This document shows, piece by piece, positions 60,212 to 64,000 of a stretch of DNA of 64,000 nt. Below the pieces are notes generated by a model. It made no database searches. It was not told where the DNA came from and worked only from the letters and a program-made list of their open reading frames with translations. Position numbers and translations under genes: made by a program. Source of the DNA: Jatrophihabitans sp. (GTDB taxonomy: Bacteria > Actinomycetota > Actinomycetes > Mycobacteriales > Jatrophihabitantaceae); NCBI RefSeq assembly GCF_046262535.1, contig NZ_JBHEMO010000021.1, positions 19,132 to 83,131 of the forward strand. The letters run 5' to 3'. The number at the start of each line of letters is the position of its first letter. Position 1 is the first letter of the stretch.

Positions 60212-60744
60212 CGCGCGGACGTCCCGAGGTAGGCGTCGACGATCCGCTCGTCGCCGGCGATCTCCAGTCTCGTCAGCCGGATGGCCGAGCCGCCGGCCGC
60301 CGGGTGGTGCTGCGCGTCGCTGTCCCACTGGACGAAGAACGGCAGTTGCGGGTCTTCGGTCACGTCGTTGATGCCGATCTGGCGCCACAGCAGGTCGAAG
60401 CCGTCCGGCCGGCGCCGGTGCCCCTTGGCCGCGGGCCGGTTCAGGCGCGCCTCGTAGGTGGTGATGTCGGCTATCCCGACGGCCCAGGCGAGCCAGCCGC
60501 CGCCGGTCTGCGTCCGGGCGCTGACCGCACGGCCGAACGGCGCCCGGTCGGCCGCCGGGTGGTCGAGTGCGGCAACGATTTCGAGATAGCACCCGTCCGC
60601 GAGCGGCAGGACGAAGTTCCGGGTGCCGAAGGACGGGTGCAGCCCGCCGTCGGTGAAGCCCGCGCCGAGCTTGGCGCCGATCCGCTGCACGCACGCACCG
60701 AGACCCTCGGGTCCAGCGGCGTAGGAGAGATGATCCAGGTGCAT
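60088..60744 (-). CDS. VOC (glyoxalase-3-like) protein
   Basis: LDHLSYA, GGLHPSFGTRN..YLEI, LPFFVQW. Confidence 0.88.
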   Translation of the reverse strand: MHLDHLSYAAGPEGLGACVQRIGAKLGAGFTDGGLHPSFGTRNFVLPLADGCYLEIVAALDHPAADRAPFGRAVSARTQTGGGWLAWAVGIADITTYEARLNRPAAKGHRRRPDGFDLLWRQIGINDVTEDPQLPFFVQWDSDAQHHPAAGGSAIRLTRLEIAGDERIVDAYLGTSARQPLDRVEVDWVSPFDPESGDEVTGVVAAVFATPSGDVRID

Positions 60745-60834
60745 GCGGCCATGGTGACCCACCACACTGCGCCTCGGTCAGCCGGGTCGTTGCAGCGCGC
60801 GCCGGGCAAGGTGGTAAAACCGCGACGCGGCAGG

Positions 60835-61614
60835 TCACGCGCTGTAGAGATCGAGGCCGCCTGACGGTCCGGCGCCGCAGTCGGTCCCGCCGCACTCGAT
60901 CCAGGCCTGGGCCACGTCGTCGGCCGTCCTGACCGGCTTACCGCCGACCGCGCGCCGGACCAGCGCCGCCGCGAGCCGTCCCTTCGCGTGCTTGCTGTTG
61001 TAGCTGATCACCGCATGGCCGCCGCCCGGCAGCGGCGACAGGACGCGCACACCGACGACCCGTTCGGCCATCGTCGCCGGCGGCCGCCACATCGCCGCGT
61101 AGTCGGTGGATCGAAGATCGACGATCAGGTCGCGGCGCAGCAGCAGGCGCAGGGCGTCGGCGAGTACGGGGCGCCAGAACGTGGAGGCGACGCCGAGACC
61201 GGGCAGCACGGCCTTGGCCGGTACCCGGTACGCCGGTACCGGCTCGTCGCCACGGACGACGCCGAACAGACCGGAGAAGATCCAGGTGCTCCGCCCCGCG
61301 AGCCGCTGCTCTTCCGCGCCCAATGATGAGACGGCGAAGCCTTCGTAGACGGTACCGGTGTAGCGGTGCAGCGCGGGGGTCGTCGGAGAGTCGAGGACGG
61401 CGGCGTTCGCGGCGAGGGCTGCCGTCGCGACGCCCGCCGGCAGCAGCAGCGCCTCGGCGGCCTGGCCGGGATCGCCGGCTACCAGCTGCGTCAGCGCGCC
61501 CAGCGCGGCGGCGCGGCTGCGCCCGAGCGGGCCGGCGTCGGGAGTTCGGCGGCGCAGCGGCCGGCCCCGCCCGCCGAGTGACTTGCTCTCGCTCGGCGGC
61601 AGGAGGAGGTGCAC
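60835..61614 (-). CDS. yaaA: YaaA-like peroxide stress protein
   Basis: LLLPPSESK, RYTG, FSGLFG, YRV, DLRS..Y, KHAKG. Confidence 0.85.
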   Translation of the reverse strand: MHLLLPPSESKSLGGRGRPLRRRTPDAGPLGRSRAAALGALTQLVAGDPGQAAEALLLPAGVATAALAANAAVLDSPTTPALHRYTGTVYEGFAVSSLGAEEQRLAGRSTWIFSGLFGVVRGDEPVPAYRVPAKAVLPGLGVASTFWRPVLADALRLLLRRDLIVDLRSTDYAAMWRPPATMAERVVGVRVLSPLPGGGHAVISYNSKHAKGRLAAALVRRAVGGKPVRTADDVAQAWIECGGTDCGAGPSGGLDLYSA

Positions 61615-61638
61615 GCCGCGGAACGCTACGGCAGCGCG

Positions 61639-62106
61639 TCAGGCCTCGATCAGGTCCCGCAGGGTGGGCCAGGTCGCCGCGAATCCGCGGTGCAACGGTA
61701 GCGCGGCCACCTCATCGAGGTGCCACCAGCGGACCGCCGTGCTCTCGGCGTTGGCCGGGGCGAGGCGGAGCTGCGCGCCGGTGCGCGCGACGATCGTCGT
61801 GTACGTCCACCCCCCGTGATCGTCCACCCATTCACTGAACGGCGAGATCTCGCCCGGGTCGAGAGCGGTTTCTTCTGCGGCTTCGCGCAGAGCCGCGGTG
61901 ATCGGGTCCTCGTGGCTGTCACGGGCCCCGCCGGGCACCGCCCAGGTGTCGCCTTCGTGCGTCCACGGCGCGCGGTGCTGAAGGAGCACACGGGCGCCGT
62001 CGGTGATCAACAACCCAGCCGCGCCGAAGCGACCCCAGTGACGGTGCCCGAGGGAGCAGTGCACCCAGCCGTTGCCGTCTCCCACGGGAGCTGTTCTCCG
62101 CATCAT
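61639..62106 (-). CDS. NUDIX hydrolase
   Basis: HWGRFGAAG; Nudix box GGARDSHEDPITAALREAAEET. Confidence 0.92.
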   Translation of the reverse strand: MMRRTAPVGDGNGWVHCSLGHRHWGRFGAAGLLITDGARVLLQHRAPWTHEGDTWAVPGGARDSHEDPITAALREAAEETALDPGEISPFSEWVDDHGGWTYTTIVARTGAQLRLAPANAESTAVRWWHLDEVAALPLHRGFAATWPTLRDLIEA

Positions 62107-62345
62107 CGTTGCTCGCCCTGTAGCGAGTCGCCGTGCACTCGGGATCTCGACGTCGGCCCGCCAGGTCGCCTCACGGCGGAAGGCCGCTCGTGGCGGCAGT
62201 TGTGGGACCGGGGGCCATGGAACGGGCCGACGCCGTCCTCCAGGTTACCCGGTGCGTGGCCTCAGCGCCGGTATCGAGCCGCGTCATGGCCGGGTCGTGA
62301 CTGCGCCTATCGTGGATGGATGTGCAGGAGCCGGAGCGGAAGTCG

Positions 62346-62960
62346 ATGAGCGAGGAAGATCCTCGGCCGCACCGCCCTGCGCTGTTCAGCGACCTGACGG
62401 AGATCATCGACGCGGCCGGCGGGGCGTCCACGAGCAGCCGGGCCGAGATCGCCGCTGCCACGGCTGCCGTCCTCGTCCAGGCCGGCCGTTCGCCGGGTGA
62501 CGGTGCCCGTTTCGTTGCCCTGGCCGACCGGGTCGGCATAGACACGCTGGCCGCGTTGTGGCGCGACGCCGACCCGGTCAGCCTGCCCGGCGCCCTGTGG
62601 GCCCTGTACCTGTTGCGGCAGTGGTGCCACTCCGACGGTGACGAGGTGACCCGCCTGTGGCGTACGGGGGAGCCGTTGGCCTCGGCCGACGTCGTCGTGG
62701 CCGGCGTCGGCGACTACGCCGACATCGGCGCCGTCCAGCGGATGGCCGATGCCGTGCTCACGGGTGTCTACCAGGCCGACCTCGCCGTCGCGCTGGAGCG
62801 GGCGGCCGCGTTCTTCCGGGTGATCGCCGCGGGTCGCCGCTCGCTCGGCGGTCCCGCCCGGCACGCGCAGGACGGGGTCGACCTGGCCGAGCGCAACGAG
62901 CGGGCCGCGGCAGCGCTGTCGGCGGCGGCAAACCGCTGGCGGGCCGGCACGCTGCACTGA
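62346..62960 (+). CDS. Conserved actinobacterial hypothetical protein
   Basis: GIDTLAALW..SLPGALWALYLLR motif; GC3-biased codons. Confidence 0.7.
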   Translation: MSEEDPRPHRPALFSDLTEIIDAAGGASTSSRAEIAAATAAVLVQAGRSPGDGARFVALADRVGIDTLAALWRDADPVSLPGALWALYLLRQWCHSDGDEVTRLWRTGEPLASADVVVAGVGDYADIGAVQRMADAVLTGVYQADLAVALERAAAFFRVIAAGRRSLGGPARHAQDGVDLAERNERAAAALSAAANRWRAGTLH

Positions 62961-63095
62961 CGCCTCGCCTGGGGGCGGGCCGCGTTAGCACGTACGACTG
63001 ACGGGACCGCCTCGCGTCGTGCACAGGCACCTGCCTCGTCCACAGCCGGCTGAAACCGCCTCGTCGCGGGCTGCGACCCAGCCACGCTGGGCGGC

Positions 63096-64000
63096 ATGAA
63101 CACCGAAAGCCGTGCTGACTCGCTGCGCTCGTCCTGCCGCATCTCCGGCCCGGGCGAGCTGCTCCAGGCGATCCCGTACCTGCTGGGCTTCCATCCGGCC
63201 GAGAGCCTCGTCCTCGTGGGCTTGCACGACGGCCGACTCGTCGTCACCGCTCGGGTGGACCTGATCGACGCGAGCACCCCGGAGATGGTCAGCCACACAC
63301 TCGACGCGATGGTCAGGGGCGGCAGCACATCGGTGCTCGCGGCGATCTATGACGACTCGTTCATAGCCGACCGGTTCATCCCGCTGCACGTGCCCGACGT
63401 CCTGGTCGCGGCCGAGCGGGCCGGCTGCGAACTGCTGGAGGTCCTGGTGGTCTCCGCGGGGCGATGGTGGTCGGTGCTGTGCGAGCCCGGATGCTGTCCG
63501 CCCGAGGGGCGCGCGTTGCCGTCCGAACCCTCTGCCTTCGCCGTCGCGGCCACCTTCGACGGGGTGGTCGCCATGCCCGATCGCGCGGCCCTCGCTTCCG
63601 TCCTCGACCCGGTTGGCACGGTCGAACGGGTGGCCCTGCTGCCGCTGCTCGCGGCGGCCGAGCGCGTGGCCGACACCGCCGCGGCGAATGGGCAGGGGGA
63701 GCGGCTGGAGCGCTCGGTGAAGCGGGCCCTCTTCGCTGCCGCGCGAGCGTCGGGGGCGCCGGGTTGGGCGGGGCCCGAGGAGGCGACGGTTGCCCGTTTC
63801 GGCGCAGCCCTGGCCACCGCCGAGGTGCGCAATCGGGTGTGGATGGCCGTGGACGACGGTCGTCTGGACGGGCGCCCGTTGTGGCGCGACCTCGGCCGGC
63901 GGCTGCCGCCGCCCTACGACGCGGCGCCGCTGTTCCTCTTCGGGTGGGCGGCGTGGCGCTCGGGCGACGGCACGCTGGCGGGAATCGCCGCCGAGCGCGC
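63096..64000 (+). CDS. DUF4192 family protein (3'-partial)
   Basis: PGELLQAIPYLLGFHPAESLV, GRWWS..C..CCPPEG, W..G; runs off the window. Confidence 0.88.
   Translation, partial: MNTESRADSLRSSCRISGPGELLQAIPYLLGFHPAESLVLVGLHDGRLVVTARVDLIDASTPEMVSHTLDAMVRGGSTSVLAAIYDDSFIADRFIPLHVPDVLVAAERAGCELLEVLVVSAGRWWSVLCEPGCCPPEGRALPSEPSAFAVAATFDGVVAMPDRAALASVLDPVGTVERVALLPLLAAAERVADTAAANGQGERLERSVKRALFAAARASGAPGWAGPEEATVARFGAALATAEVRNRVWMAVDDGRLDGRPLWRDLGRRLPPPYDAAPLFLFGWAAWRSGDGTLAGIAAER

Noticed and set aside
62292-62303. GGGTCGTGACTG resembling the 5' end of the ZMP/ZTP (pfl) riboswitch
   Set aside because: The following GCG..GGUGG..CCAC..GGGAGCGAC and the 3' CGCCUGGGC pseudoknot partner are absent, and the downstream gene is not a purine/folate gene

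Overview
High-GC actinobacterial chromosome segment. The gene order resembles Frankiales, Geodermatophilales and Jatrophihabitans, but this assignment is inference. About 68 CDS are recognisable, and I saw no tRNA, rRNA, CRISPR array, IS element or prophage. 1-26 kb is conserved core: ribBA-ribH, usp-adenylate cyclase, hisE-hisG, satP-acs, recA-recX-rny-miaB, miaA-dapF-hflX, tatA, lexA/LysM (chiZ-like) and nrdR-nrdJ, with readable LexA, PafBC, CRP and NrdR sites. 26.5-38 kb is accessory and partly decaying: a 979-aa M4/M36-like metalloprotease with a non-canonical HExxxH site and no signal peptide, a frameshifted gvpL-gvpS-gvpK remnant, an internally deleted SQR-like flavoprotein, and a Prim-Pol/Fpg pair. 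38-64 kb holds cell-wall, redox, lipid and sugar genes, a DUF445/Abi-alpha-like pair and the start of DUF4192. The strongest novelty candidates are three structured leaders I could not match from memory to a known family (upstream of rny, an rpf-like gene and a NUDIX gene), the atypical protease, a hairpin/uORF over the hflX start and the DUF445/Abi-alpha pair. All folds, alignments and family calls were made by eye.
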